A DNA stretch of 64,000 nt from an uncultured Bacillota bacterium (lineage in GTDB: Bacteria > Bacillota > Clostridia > Christensenellales > UBA1242). The notes under the pieces are model-generated. The model was given only the letters and a program-made list of their open reading frames with translations. It was not told the origin of the DNA and made no database searches. The stretch spans positions 79,368-143,367 of the forward strand of contig CAMMTJ010000002.1 in assembly GCA_946499835.1 (NCBI GenBank), in the 5' to 3' direction. Shown one piece after another: positions 19,724-28,145 of the stretch (positions within the stretch are counted from its first letter, which is position 1; each line of letters opens with the position of its first letter). The position numbers were made by a program, and so were the translations under genes.

Positions 19724-22459
19724 ATGGGACTTTTTGGAAATGAAAACAAATCACAAATAAAAAAATTGAAAAAGATTGCCGACAAGGTTATAGCGCTTGA
19801 AGACAAGTATGCTTCTTTTTCAAATGAACAACTTCGTGCCTGCACGGATGAGTTCCGCAATAGATACAAAACAGGGCAAAGCCTTAATGATCTTTTGCCA
19901 GAGGCTTATGCTGTTGTTAGGGAAGCGGCGACAAGAGTTTTGAACATGAGGCATTATTATGTGCAAATTCTTGGTGGAATTGCTCTTCATCAAGGACGTA
20001 TTGCTGAAATGGGCACAGGTGAAGGTAAAACTTTGGTTGAAACACTTCCTGCCTATCTTAATGCCATATCTGGCAATGGGGTGCATATTGTCACTGTCAA
20101 CGAATATCTTGCAAAACGTGACGCCGAGTGGATGGGAAAAGTTTACAAATTTTTGGGGATGAGTGTTGGCGTTATTCTCAATGGACAAAATGAAAAGCAA
20201 AAGAAAATGGCTTACAACGCTGACATAACTTATTGCACAAACAACGAACTTGGATTTGACTATCTGCGTGACAACATGGCGACAAACAGGAATCAACGTG
20301 TGCAACGTGGTCAAAACTTTGCTATTGTCGATGAGGTGGACTCTATATTGATTGATGAGGCAAGGACACCACTTATCATATCTGGAATGGGCTCAAAATC
20401 AAGTGAAGGATATGTGAATGCACAAAGGTTTGTCAAAACTCTTAAAAAAGACCAGGATGTTGAAATCGATGAAAAGACAAAACAACTCAACTTGACTGAA
20501 AGTGGAATTGAAAAGGCTGAAAGATTTTTTAAGATCAACAGTTTGTCTGATGTTGAGAATATTGAACTTAATCACTATATCAACAACGCACTTCGTGCAA
20601 ATTACATCATGTTCCGTGATGAAAACTATATCGTCAAAGATGGCGAGGTAATCATTGTTGATGAGTTTACCGGACGTTTGATGCCAGGACGTAGATTCAA
20701 TGCTGGGCTTCACCAAGCAATAGAGGCAAAGGAAGGAGTTGCAATCAAGGATGAAAATCAAACGCTTGCGACAATAACTTTCCAAAATTATTTCCGCCTT
20801 TACAAGAAACTCTCTGGTATGACAGGAACTGCCAAGACAGAAGAAGGTGAATTCCGCACAATTTACAATCTGGACGTTGTGTCAATCCCTGCAAACCTTC
20901 CAAAGAAGAGAATTGACGAGCCAGACATTGTTTATGTGACCGAACAAGGAAAGATCAAGGCGATTGTTGAAGAGATCAAAGAATGTGCAAAGAAAGGTCA
21001 ACCAGTGCTTGTCGGCACAATCACTATCGACAAATCAGAACTTTTGTCAAAGGCACTCAAAGAGGCAAAGATCAAACACGTTGTTTTGAACGCCAAAAAT
21101 CATGAACAAGAAAGTGAAATTGTTGCACAGGCTGGACGTAAAGGTGCGGTGACAATCGCAACCAATATGGCAGGTCGTGGAACAGATATTTTGCTGGGCG
21201 GAAACCCAGAATTTATGGCAACAAAACGAATGAGAGGTGAAAACTTCACCGAAGAAGAAATCTCATATGCCACAGCCTTTAACACAGTTGATGATGAAAA
21301 GTTAAACAAGGCAAGAGAAAGATACAACGAACTTTACAAAGACTATAAAGTTGTCACAGATCAAGAAAAAGAAGAAGTTAAAGCACTTGGTGGACTTCAT
21401 ATTGTCGGCACTGAAAGACATGAGTCACGCCGAATTGACAACCAACTTCGTGGTCGTGCTGGACGTCAAGGAGACCCTGGCTCATCAGTGTTCTTCTTAT
21501 CACTAGAAGATGACCTTATCAGACGCTTTGGTGGGGATAGATTGAAAAGGCTTGCAATCTTTTTCAGACTTGATGACACAACACCAATTCAACTGAAAAT
21601 GCTTTCAAAGCAGATTGAAAACGCACAAAAGAAGATAGAACTTCAAAACTTTGCACAAAGAAAAATGGTTATCCGTTTTGACGATGTGCTCAACAAACAA
21701 CGTGAGATCATTTATGGTGAACGTAACCGCGTTCTTGATGGACTTCCAGTGCATGAGCATATCATGAAAATGGTTCCAGAAATTGTCAACAAGGTGATAA
21801 GAGAATGTCTGACAGATGAAAAACCATATTATGAATGGGATTTGTCAAAAATCAATATTGACCTTGAAAAAGGACTTATTGAAAAGGGCAGAAACCTCAT
21901 TGATGAAAAGTTTGTGGAAGAGTGTGACGTTGATGATGTGGTTGACAAAGTGCTGAGCAATGTTGAAAAACGCATGGAAGAGCAAAGTAAGACTATAACA
22001 GACGCTGGATACAAGTTTGAAGACCTTGAAAGATCGGTGCTTTTGCGTGTTGTTGATATGAACTGGATGAATCATATCGAAGATATGCAGATTATGAAAA
22101 ATGAAATATTTGCTCGTGGTTTTGGCAATCAAGATCCTGTGCTGGCTTACAAAAAAGATGGATTTGAAATGTTTGACAAGATGATTGACAAAATCAAGGA
22201 AATGACAGTTTATATTCTTCTCAATGTCAAAATTCAAGCTCCACAATCACAAATGAGCGAGCCTGTCCGTCAACAGTCATACAATGTTGTTGTCACTGGC
22301 AAAGAGTTGACGCCAGAAGAGAGAGCAAAACAACGAAGAGAAAACAAACCATTTGTGCAAAAAACGGTGGTAAACACTGAGAAAAAAGTTGGGCGAAATG
22401 ATCCTTGTCCATGCGGAAGTGGTTTGAAGTATAAAAACTGCTGTGGGAAAGATAAATAA
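19724..22459 (+). CDS. secA: Preprotein translocase ATPase SecA
   Basis: Start set at MGLFGNENK behind the RBS AGGAG, in frame with track ORF 19595-22459. DEAD-like motor motifs (MGTGEGKTL, DEVDSILIDEARTPLIISG, TNMAGRGTDI) and a C-terminal zinc finger CPCGSGLKYKNCCG. Confidence 0.96.
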   Translation: MGLFGNENKSQIKKLKKIADKVIALEDKYASFSNEQLRACTDEFRNRYKTGQSLNDLLPEAYAVVREAATRVLNMRHYYVQILGGIALHQGRIAEMGTGEGKTLVETLPAYLNAISGNGVHIVTVNEYLAKRDAEWMGKVYKFLGMSVGVILNGQNEKQKKMAYNADITYCTNNELGFDYLRDNMATNRNQRVQRGQNFAIVDEVDSILIDEARTPLIISGMGSKSSEGYVNAQRFVKTLKKDQDVEIDEKTKQLNLTESGIEKAERFFKINSLSDVENIELNHYINNALRANYIMFRDENYIVKDGEVIIVDEFTGRLMPGRRFNAGLHQAIEAKEGVAIKDENQTLATITFQNYFRLYKKLSGMTGTAKTEEGEFRTIYNLDVVSIPANLPKKRIDEPDIVYVTEQGKIKAIVEEIKECAKKGQPVLVGTITIDKSELLSKALKEAKIKHVVLNAKNHEQESEIVAQAGRKGAVTIATNMAGRGTDILLGGNPEFMATKRMRGENFTEEEISYATAFNTVDDEKLNKARERYNELYKDYKVVTDQEKEEVKALGGLHIVGTERHESRRIDNQLRGRAGRQGDPGSSVFFLSLEDDLIRRFGGDRLKRLAIFFRLDDTTPIQLKMLSKQIENAQKKIELQNFAQRKMVIRFDDVLNKQREIIYGERNRVLDGLPVHEHIMKMVPEIVNKVIRECLTDEKPYYEWDLSKINIDLEKGLIEKGRNLIDEKFVEECDVDDVVDKVLSNVEKRMEEQSKTITDAGYKFEDLERSVLLRVVDMNWMNHIEDMQIMKNEIFARGFGNQDPVLAYKKDGFEMFDKMIDKIKEMTVYILLNVKIQAPQSQMSEPVRQQSYNVVVTGKELTPEERAKQRRENKPFVQKTVVNTEKKVGRNDPCPCGSGLKYKNCCGKDK

Positions 22460-22564
22460 AAATAATCAATAATTAACATAAAAATTGTGAAAAAAGTCGT
22501 GTTTTTGCTTTGAAAACACGATTTTTTATGTTAAAATGAGACTATATTAGGCATAGGAGAAGTT

Positions 22565-22846
22565 ATGCAAGGTTACATCTATCCGGCAATTTTTTATAAA
22601 GATAACGATGATGGTGTTTATAGAGTTTACTTTCCTGACATCGAACTTGCCACAGAAGGCAAGGTCATGGAAGAGGCTTTTCTTTGGGCAAAAGAATTTT
22701 TGAAAGCATATTTTGTCCAAGTTCAAAAATATGGCTTTGAATACAACGAGCCAAGCGAGTATGAAGTTGTGCGTGCCAAGACGCCAAATGAAAGCACTGT
22801 GATGCTTATTGATGCCGTGGTAACAAAGAAAGATTTGAAAAAATGA
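22565..22846 (+). CDS. HicB-like (UPF0150-type) antitoxin-fold protein, orphan
   Basis: 93 aa. The N-terminus YIYPAIFYKDNDDGVYRVYFPDIELATEGKVMEEAF matches the usual HicB N-terminal pattern. RBS AGGAGAAG. No HicA-sized ORF on either side. Confidence 0.55.
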   Translation: MQGYIYPAIFYKDNDDGVYRVYFPDIELATEGKVMEEAFLWAKEFLKAYFVQVQKYGFEYNEPSEYEVVRAKTPNESTVMLIDAVVTKKDLKK

Positions 22847-22877
22847 CAATTTTTTTGAAAAAAGCACTCTTAAATTG

Positions 22878-22906
22878 TTGACAAGATAAGACGGCTGTGA
22901 TAGAAT
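22878..22906 (+). promoter_or_regulatory. Near-consensus promoter upstream of rpmG-secE-nusG
   Basis: TTGACA (22878-22883), a 17-nt spacer, then TAGAAT (22901-22906), with TG at 22898-22899 (extended -10). Confidence 0.7.
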
Positions 22907-22909
22907 GAG

Positions 22910-22941
22910 ACTAACACTTCCACATGGGGTGTTAGTTTTTT
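22910..22941 (+). terminator. Terminator-like hairpin between the promoter and the rpmG RBS (attenuator candidate, or terminator of the upstream gene)
   Basis: ACTAACAC (22910-22917), an 11-nt loop, GTGTTAGT (22929-22936), followed by a T run to 22941. A second GTTAG at 22942-22946 overlaps the RBS. Confidence 0.5.
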
Positions 22942-22958
22942 GTTAGGAGAAGAAAATT

Positions 22959-23120
22959 ATGGCAGCACCAAAACGCAAAAACATAACTCTTGCTTGCACA
23001 GAATGTCAAGAACGCAATTATGCTTCAAGCAAGAATTCAACAGCAAATCCTGAGAGAATGGAAATCAAAAAATTCTGTCCTCGTTGCGGAAAGAGAACTG
23101 TTCACAAAGAAACAAAATAA
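22959..23120 (+). CDS. rpmG: 50S ribosomal protein L33
   Basis: 53-aa ORF below the track cutoff: [53 protein letters not shown]. CxxC...CxxC zinc ribbon, RBS AGGAGA, classic position before secE. Confidence 0.9.
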   Translation: MAAPKRKNITLACTECQERNYASSKNSTANPERMEIKKFCPRCGKRTVHKETK

Positions 23121-23135
23121 TTTATCGGGGGAAAT

Positions 23136-23510
23136 ATGTCAAAGAAAAACAAGGCTAAAAAAAAGCAAGAAGTTACTGCTTTTGAAGAACCTGCAAAAGA
23201 GATCCCTGTTGCAACAGAAGAGGTGAAAACTTCTTCAAAAGTTGAAGAAAAAGCAAAAAACAAAGACAACAAAGACAAGAAAGTTGACAAAAAGGGTAAA
23301 AAGGAAAAAGTTAAAGAAAAGGGCAAACTTGCAAGAAAGGCAAGAGAAACCACCTCTGAACTGAAAAAAGTCACATGGCCAACATTCAAGGATGTTGTGA
23401 AAAGGACAGGCGTGGTTTTGGCAGTTGTTGTGATTTTTGCCGTTATCCTTTTTGGCATAGATTCCTTGTTTGGGTTTTTGTTTGGATTATTAACTGGAAA
23501 TGGACAGTGA
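23136..23510 (+). CDS. secE: Preprotein translocase subunit SecE with a long Lys-rich N-terminal extension
   Basis: C-terminal ELKKVTWPTFKDVVKRTGVVLAVVVIFAVILFGIDSLF is the canonical SecE TM segment. It is preceded by about 70 aa of K/E-rich low-complexity sequence. Confidence 0.8.
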   Translation: MSKKNKAKKKQEVTAFEEPAKEIPVATEEVKTSSKVEEKAKNKDNKDKKVDKKGKKEKVKEKGKLARKARETTSELKKVTWPTFKDVVKRTGVVLAVVVIFAVILFGIDSLFGFLFGLLTGNGQ

Positions 23511-23520
23511 GGGTAAAAGT

Positions 23521-24117
23521 ATGGATGAAAAAAAAGTAGAAAACGCACCAGAAAAGGACATCATTGCAAAGGAAAATATCAACACAGGAACAAGTGGCTT
23601 GGAAGCAAAATGGTATGCTTTGCACACTTTTTCAGGATATGAAAATGTTGCAAAAGAAAACCTTGAAACAGTTGTTGACAAGTTCAACTATCACGATCGT
23701 ATATTTGATATAGTTATTCCTATGGAAGATGTTGTGGAAGAGAAAAATGGCAAGAAAAAACTTGTTCAAAGAAAAGCATTTCCATGCTATATCTTGGTGA
23801 AAATGAAATATGCTGATGATCTTTGGCACAATATCATAAACACTCGTGGAATCACCGGTTTTGTTGGACCAAACGCAAGACCTTTGGCACTTTCTGATGA
23901 AGAGGTTATGAGACTTAGACTTGAAAAAATCAAAGTTGAAGTTGATCTCAATGTTGGTGACACAATTGAAGTGGTTGATGGACCTCTCAACGGCATGATT
24001 GGAAAAGTTGTTGCATTGAATCCAGAGACGAACGTTGTCAGTGCAACTGTTGAAATGTTTGGAAGAGAAACACAAGTTGACCTTGGCTATGCCCAAGTTC
24101 GCAAAGTGAACAATTAA
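23521..24117 (+). CDS. nusG: Transcription termination/antitermination factor NusG
   Basis: NGN domain (KWYALHTFSGYENVAKENLE) and a C-terminal KOW (VGDTIEVVDGPLNGMIGKV). Start set at the ATG at 23521, behind GAGGG and in frame with track ORF 23500-24117. Confidence 0.92.
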   Translation: MDEKKVENAPEKDIIAKENINTGTSGLEAKWYALHTFSGYENVAKENLETVVDKFNYHDRIFDIVIPMEDVVEEKNGKKKLVQRKAFPCYILVKMKYADDLWHNIINTRGITGFVGPNARPLALSDEEVMRLRLEKIKVEVDLNVGDTIEVVDGPLNGMIGKVVALNPETNVVSATVEMFGRETQVDLGYAQVRKVNN

Positions 24118-24122
24118 AACAA

Positions 24123-24147
24123 AACGCCTCTTAAAAGGCGTTTTTTT
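24123..24147 (+). terminator. Intrinsic terminator after nusG
   Basis: AACGCCT, a 6-nt loop, AGGCGTT, followed by TTTTT. Confidence 0.75.
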
Positions 24148-24213
24148 ATGCAATTGTTGCTTAAAAATAAAAATTGTTTGCCATTTTTTTTCTGTTATTG
24201 TAATATTTAATTT

Positions 24214-25464
24214 ATGAGAAGTATTGCGGAAATAAAACAAGATGAAAAGGTGCAGAGAGCTGTTTTAATCACTCTTAAACTTTTGAAAAAAGTTATGGTG
24301 GTTTTTTCTTCCATTTTTCTGAATGTTTATATATTTCAAGCACTAGACAATGATTTTTCAATGTATTTAATTGGACTGATCAGTGCTATTGTGTTTAATC
24401 AAATTTTTTCACTAGTCATATTTTCAGTATTATCACAAAAAAATGCTATGTTGATTTATAGGGCGAGTTTTGTCTTCGATATATTCTTGATTATACTTGT
24501 GATTTTTATCAAATCACCAACATTGCCAATAATTTTAATGTTTTATGCTTTACAGGAATTGTCAAACAATTGCTTTTATGGTCCACACGAAATTGGCGAG
24601 ATGAAAGCAACAGGTCATAAAAATAGTAGCAAATATTTGGTTATTAGCACGATATTTACATCTATTGTGGGGATTGTTAGTCCATTTTTAAGTGGTCTTA
24701 TAATTGACAAAATGTCTTACACAATTTTGTTTATCATTGTAGGATTTATTGCATTGGTAATGTTTGTGGTTTCAATTTTTATGAAAGATTTTGATATTAT
24801 CAGCAGAAAATTGCAATTAAAGCAATTTTGTCAAAAAGCATTCAAAAAACCACACATCAAATCTTTTTATTTATCATTTACCTTTTTCAGGTTTTCAATA
24901 GGAGGAACTGTTTATTCAATTTTGCCAGTTGTGCTTTTTATGAAGACAAATTCTGAGTTTTCACTTGGCACATATTCTTCAATTTTTGCGTTATTGACAA
25001 TATTGTCGCTGACGATTTTTATGTTTATAAAACGAAAGGATATTGTCACAATCGTGGCAGTGGTTTTTATGTGTGTGGCAAGCATAGTTCTCGCTTTTGT
25101 TAGCACTTTTGCGATGTTTGTTGTTTTTAATGCCATTTACTATTCGTTTGGTAAAATATATGAAAATGAGGTGTTTTCAACTCGACTTAATGTTATCAAA
25201 ACAAAAGAACTAGAAAATTATAAAAAAGAACATCATCTCGTATATGACATTTTTGCAAATATCGGCTATATGTTAGGTTTTTTGCTTATTTTCTTGCTTT
25301 ACAGTGTTATTCCATCGGCAGATGCGTTGACAATAATAATCGGTGGACTGGGTCTATTTATGATCATTTCTCTCGTTCTTCTCATAAGGGCTCAAAATCT
25401 TTATGCAAAAGAAGTTGCACAGGAGGAATTGGCTGAAAGTTTGCCGGCAGAAGATAAACAGTGA
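24214..25464 (+). CDS. Polytopic membrane protein, MFS-like (416 aa)
   Basis: About 10-12 hydrophobic helices in two halves. Very AT-rich coding sequence and no clear SD, so the start is uncertain. Confidence 0.6.
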   Translation: MRSIAEIKQDEKVQRAVLITLKLLKKVMVVFSSIFLNVYIFQALDNDFSMYLIGLISAIVFNQIFSLVIFSVLSQKNAMLIYRASFVFDIFLIILVIFIKSPTLPIILMFYALQELSNNCFYGPHEIGEMKATGHKNSSKYLVISTIFTSIVGIVSPFLSGLIIDKMSYTILFIIVGFIALVMFVVSIFMKDFDIISRKLQLKQFCQKAFKKPHIKSFYLSFTFFRFSIGGTVYSILPVVLFMKTNSEFSLGTYSSIFALLTILSLTIFMFIKRKDIVTIVAVVFMCVASIVLAFVSTFAMFVVFNAIYYSFGKIYENEVFSTRLNVIKTKELENYKKEHHLVYDIFANIGYMLGFLLIFLLYSVIPSADALTIIIGGLGLFMIISLVLLIRAQNLYAKEVAQEELAESLPAEDKQ

Positions 25465-25505
25465 TTTTTATAGCCATAATGCGTCTTTCTTTTGATATTA
25501 CCCTC

Positions 25506-25533
25506 TTGACAAACGTCAATTTTGTGATACAAT
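25506..25533 (+). promoter_or_regulatory. Promoter with extended -10
   Basis: TTGACA (25506-25511), a 16-nt spacer, then TACAAT (25528-25533), preceded by TGTGA. Confidence 0.65.
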
Positions 25534-25551
25534 ATGCTCATGGAGGAAAAT

Positions 25552-26181
25552 ATGGAAGATAGAAAATTTAATGTATTAATGGATAAAAATGGCTATCCAG
25601 ATATTAACTACAATTTTATATTTCATTTGGCAAAATTGGATGATGAAATTGCTTGTGGGAGCGAGCAGTTACCAAAGTTTTTTAGTTGGCTTACAGCTGA
25701 CAAGAAGGGTATGTTTGCAGCATATACTATTTCTTACGTTGCAAAAACATTTGCAGGTGCAGAAGACGTTTTTAGAATCGAATGTGATTATTCAGATGTA
25801 AAAGAAGGAATGAAGGAAGGGGAGGCAATTCTTCTTGGTAAAGATAAAGTTTATGACAGACCTGTTATTATTCACGTGAAAGGAAATGAGGTATGTGGCA
25901 ATTGGGAAAAATATGATGGAAAATCTTTGCCAGTAAGTTATGACCAACTTGTTAAGTTTGCCGAGGAAGAAGAAATCCCAACAATGCATAAATTGCAAGA
26001 AGAGCGTAGGGCACAGCGAAAAGTAAACGAAGGAGACATTGCTGCGCGCGTTTATAAAACCAGACGATTGAAAGAAAAAGAAATAAATGAAGGATATCCT
26101 TTTTATAGAAATCTTGGCAAACAAGTTCAAGAGGGTGGTGAAGGCAATAAAGGAAATACAAGCGATCAAGGTATGCAATAA
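25552..26181 (+). CDS. Hypothetical protein (209 aa)
   Basis: ORF with RBS GGAGGAAAA before the ATG at 25552, in frame with track ORF 25534-26181. The upstream ATG would lie at or before the predicted transcription start. No motif recognised; basic/acidic C-terminal tail. Confidence 0.6.
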   Translation: MEDRKFNVLMDKNGYPDINYNFIFHLAKLDDEIACGSEQLPKFFSWLTADKKGMFAAYTISYVAKTFAGAEDVFRIECDYSDVKEGMKEGEAILLGKDKVYDRPVIIHVKGNEVCGNWEKYDGKSLPVSYDQLVKFAEEEEIPTMHKLQEERRAQRKVNEGDIAARVYKTRRLKEKEINEGYPFYRNLGKQVQEGGEGNKGNTSDQGMQ

Positions 26182-26190
26182 GGGGGAAAG

Positions 26191-26673
26191 ATGGATTGTA
26201 ACGTAAAGAGTTTGATCGACCTCCAAGTAGATTTGCTTTTTAGAGAAGAAAAACGTATTTTTGTTGTCAAAGATGAAAATGATGAAGTTGTGTCAACTTT
26301 TGCAGATTTTGTTGAGGCAAACAAATATGTTTGCGATTTTGGCGGATCACTTTATAGTGCAGATTATGTTCGTGCTTTTGAAGATAAAATAGACCTTATC
26401 TATTTGAGAAGAATTGCAAAAGACAATGATTCTCTTGAAATCATTGCACGCGATCGTGATTGCAACCAATATTATTTGGATGTGCTCAAATACTTAAATA
26501 ATGATAAAAATCCTTGGAATAAGACGATTTATCCAGACTATTATTTTATACAAACAGGCTTTTTTGCACAAGGAACGAAATTTGAAATTGGTATAGATGA
26601 AAGCATGGATCGCCTTGGTCCAAAAGATCCTTGTTATCTTTGGAAAATAGCAACAGAAAGAGGGGAAGAATAA
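26191..26673 (+). CDS. Hypothetical protein (160 aa)
   Basis: ORF starts 10 nt after the previous stop, behind GGGGGAAAG. No motif recognised. Confidence 0.6.
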   Translation: MDCNVKSLIDLQVDLLFREEKRIFVVKDENDEVVSTFADFVEANKYVCDFGGSLYSADYVRAFEDKIDLIYLRRIAKDNDSLEIIARDRDCNQYYLDVLKYLNNDKNPWNKTIYPDYYFIQTGFFAQGTKFEIGIDESMDRLGPKDPCYLWKIATERGEE

Positions 26674-26696
26674 TTTGTCAATTTTTTCAAAAACAC

Positions 26697-26725
26697 TTGA
26701 CAAATTGTATAGAAAAAAATATAAT
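26697..26725 (+). promoter_or_regulatory. Consensus sigma-A promoter for rplK-rplA
   Basis: TTGACA (26697-26702), a 17-nt spacer, then TATAAT (26720-26725). Confidence 0.75.
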
Positions 26726-26871
26726 AAAGACGTTGAAACTAAGGTTTTGACGTTTTTTATTGTGGTATATCGCATTTTATGCTTTATATATTTGAAGGGA
26801 AACCCTTCATCTTAATTGTGGGAGATGGGAACTGCAACCCGTCATAATCACCACTTAAAAGGGAGGAAAAA
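26726..26871 (+). promoter_or_regulatory. About 140-nt structured 5' leader of rplK-rplA (possible L1-binding autoregulatory leader)
   Basis: Nested pairings GTGG...CCAC and ATGGG..CCCGT (26818-26855) just upstream of the RBS GGGAGGAAAA. The assignment is by analogy with L1 autoregulation of L11 operons. Confidence 0.3.
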
Positions 26872-27300
26872 ATGGCAGAGAAAAAAGTTGCTGCAATGGT
26901 TAAACTCCAATTGCCAGCAGGTAAAGCCACACCTGGACCACCAGTAGGTTCTTCACTTGGACCTCACGGTATCAACATCGCTGGTTTTACCAAAGAATTC
27001 AATGAGAAGACTGCTTCTCAGGCAGGGCTTATTATCCCTGTTGTGATCACTATCTATGCAGATAGATCATTCACATTTGTGCTCAAAACTCCACCAGCAG
27101 CCGTGCTTATCAAAAAAGCAATCGGTCTTGAAAAGGGTTCAGCAGCACCAAACAAAACAAAAGTCGGAAAAATCACAAGAGAACAAATCAAACAAATTGC
27201 GCAGACAAAGATGCCAGATCTCAACTGCACATCAATCGAATCTGCAATGAAGATGATTGAAGGCGCCGCAAGAAGCATGGGCGTCACTGTGGTAGATTAA
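26872..27300 (+). CDS. rplK: 50S ribosomal protein L11
   Basis: 142 aa: [26 protein letters not shown] and the rest of the canonical L11 sequence. Confidence 0.97.
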   Translation: MAEKKVAAMVKLQLPAGKATPGPPVGSSLGPHGINIAGFTKEFNEKTASQAGLIIPVVITIYADRSFTFVLKTPPAAVLIKKAIGLEKGSAAPNKTKVGKITREQIKQIAQTKMPDLNCTSIESAMKMIEGAARSMGVTVVD

Positions 27301-27311
27301 GGAGGGCGCTG

Positions 27312-27992
27312 ATGAAACTCACAAAGAAACAAAAACAAGAAGTCTCAATGCTCACACCTGGCGCAAGCGATCTTTCTACTGCTGTTGACAAACTCTTGTC
27401 TCTTCCAAAAGCAAAATTTGATGAGACAGTTGAACTCCATGTTAAACTTGGCGTAGATGGAAGAAACGCTGATCAACAAGTTCGTGGCGTGTGCATACTT
27501 CCAAACGGAACTGGAAAATCTCTTAAAGTGCTCGTTATCGCAAGAGGAGATAAGGCAGACGATGCAGTAAAAGCAGGTGCTGACTATGTTGGCGCAGAAG
27601 ACATCGTTTCAAAAATCCAAGGCGGATGGCTTGACTTTGACGTCTGCATCACAACACCTGATATGATGGGCGTTGTTGGACGTGTGGCAAGAGTGCTTGG
27701 ACCAAAAGGTCTTATGCCAAACCCAAAGAGCGGAACAGTTACAATGGATGTTGCCAAGGCTATCAAAGATGCTAAGGCTGGTAAAGTTGAATACAGACTT
27801 GATAAAAACAACATTGTCCATGTTATTATCGGAAAAGTAAGTTTCGGAAAAGAAAAACTTATCGAAAACTTCAACACTGTTTTGGAAGCGCTTATCAAAG
27901 CAAAACCAGCAGCAGCAAAAGGACAATATCTTAAAAGCGTAACAATCGCATCAACAATGGGACCTGGAATTAAGGTTGCAACAAGTTTATAA
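27312..27992 (+). CDS. rplA: 50S ribosomal protein L1
   Basis: 226 aa: [24 protein letters not shown] and [15 protein letters not shown]. Confidence 0.97.
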   Translation: MKLTKKQKQEVSMLTPGASDLSTAVDKLLSLPKAKFDETVELHVKLGVDGRNADQQVRGVCILPNGTGKSLKVLVIARGDKADDAVKAGADYVGAEDIVSKIQGGWLDFDVCITTPDMMGVVGRVARVLGPKGLMPNPKSGTVTMDVAKAIKDAKAGKVEYRLDKNNIVHVIIGKVSFGKEKLIENFNTVLEALIKAKPAAAKGQYLKSVTIASTMGPGIKVATSL

Positions 27993-27997
27993 AATAA

Positions 27998-28023
27998 AAG
28001 ACGGAAAGATCCGTCTTTTTTAT
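27998..28023 (+). terminator. Intrinsic terminator after rplA
   Basis: AGACGG-aaagat-CCGTCT followed by a T run. Confidence 0.8.
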
Positions 28024-28090
28024 TGTCAATAAATTGCTTGAAAATATCTTGCCTTTGTTGTTATTTAGCAAAGCAAGCGAAGAAGTCATA

Positions 28091-28125
28091 AAAAAACTCT
28101 TTCTAGTTTTAGAAAGAGTTTTTTT
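28091..28125. terminator. Bidirectional terminator downstream of the 2931-aa gene
   Basis: AACTCTTTCTA-gttt-TAGAAAGAGTT (28095-28120), flanked by an A run and a T run. Confidence 0.75.
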
Positions 28126-28145
28126 GTTTTAGAATTGCAAGAATG

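Noticed and set aside
22460-22960. Complete HicAB toxin-antitoxin module.
   Set aside because: Only the HicB-like ORF is present. The flanks are occupied by the secA terminator and the rpmG promoter, leaving no room for a HicA-sized ORF.
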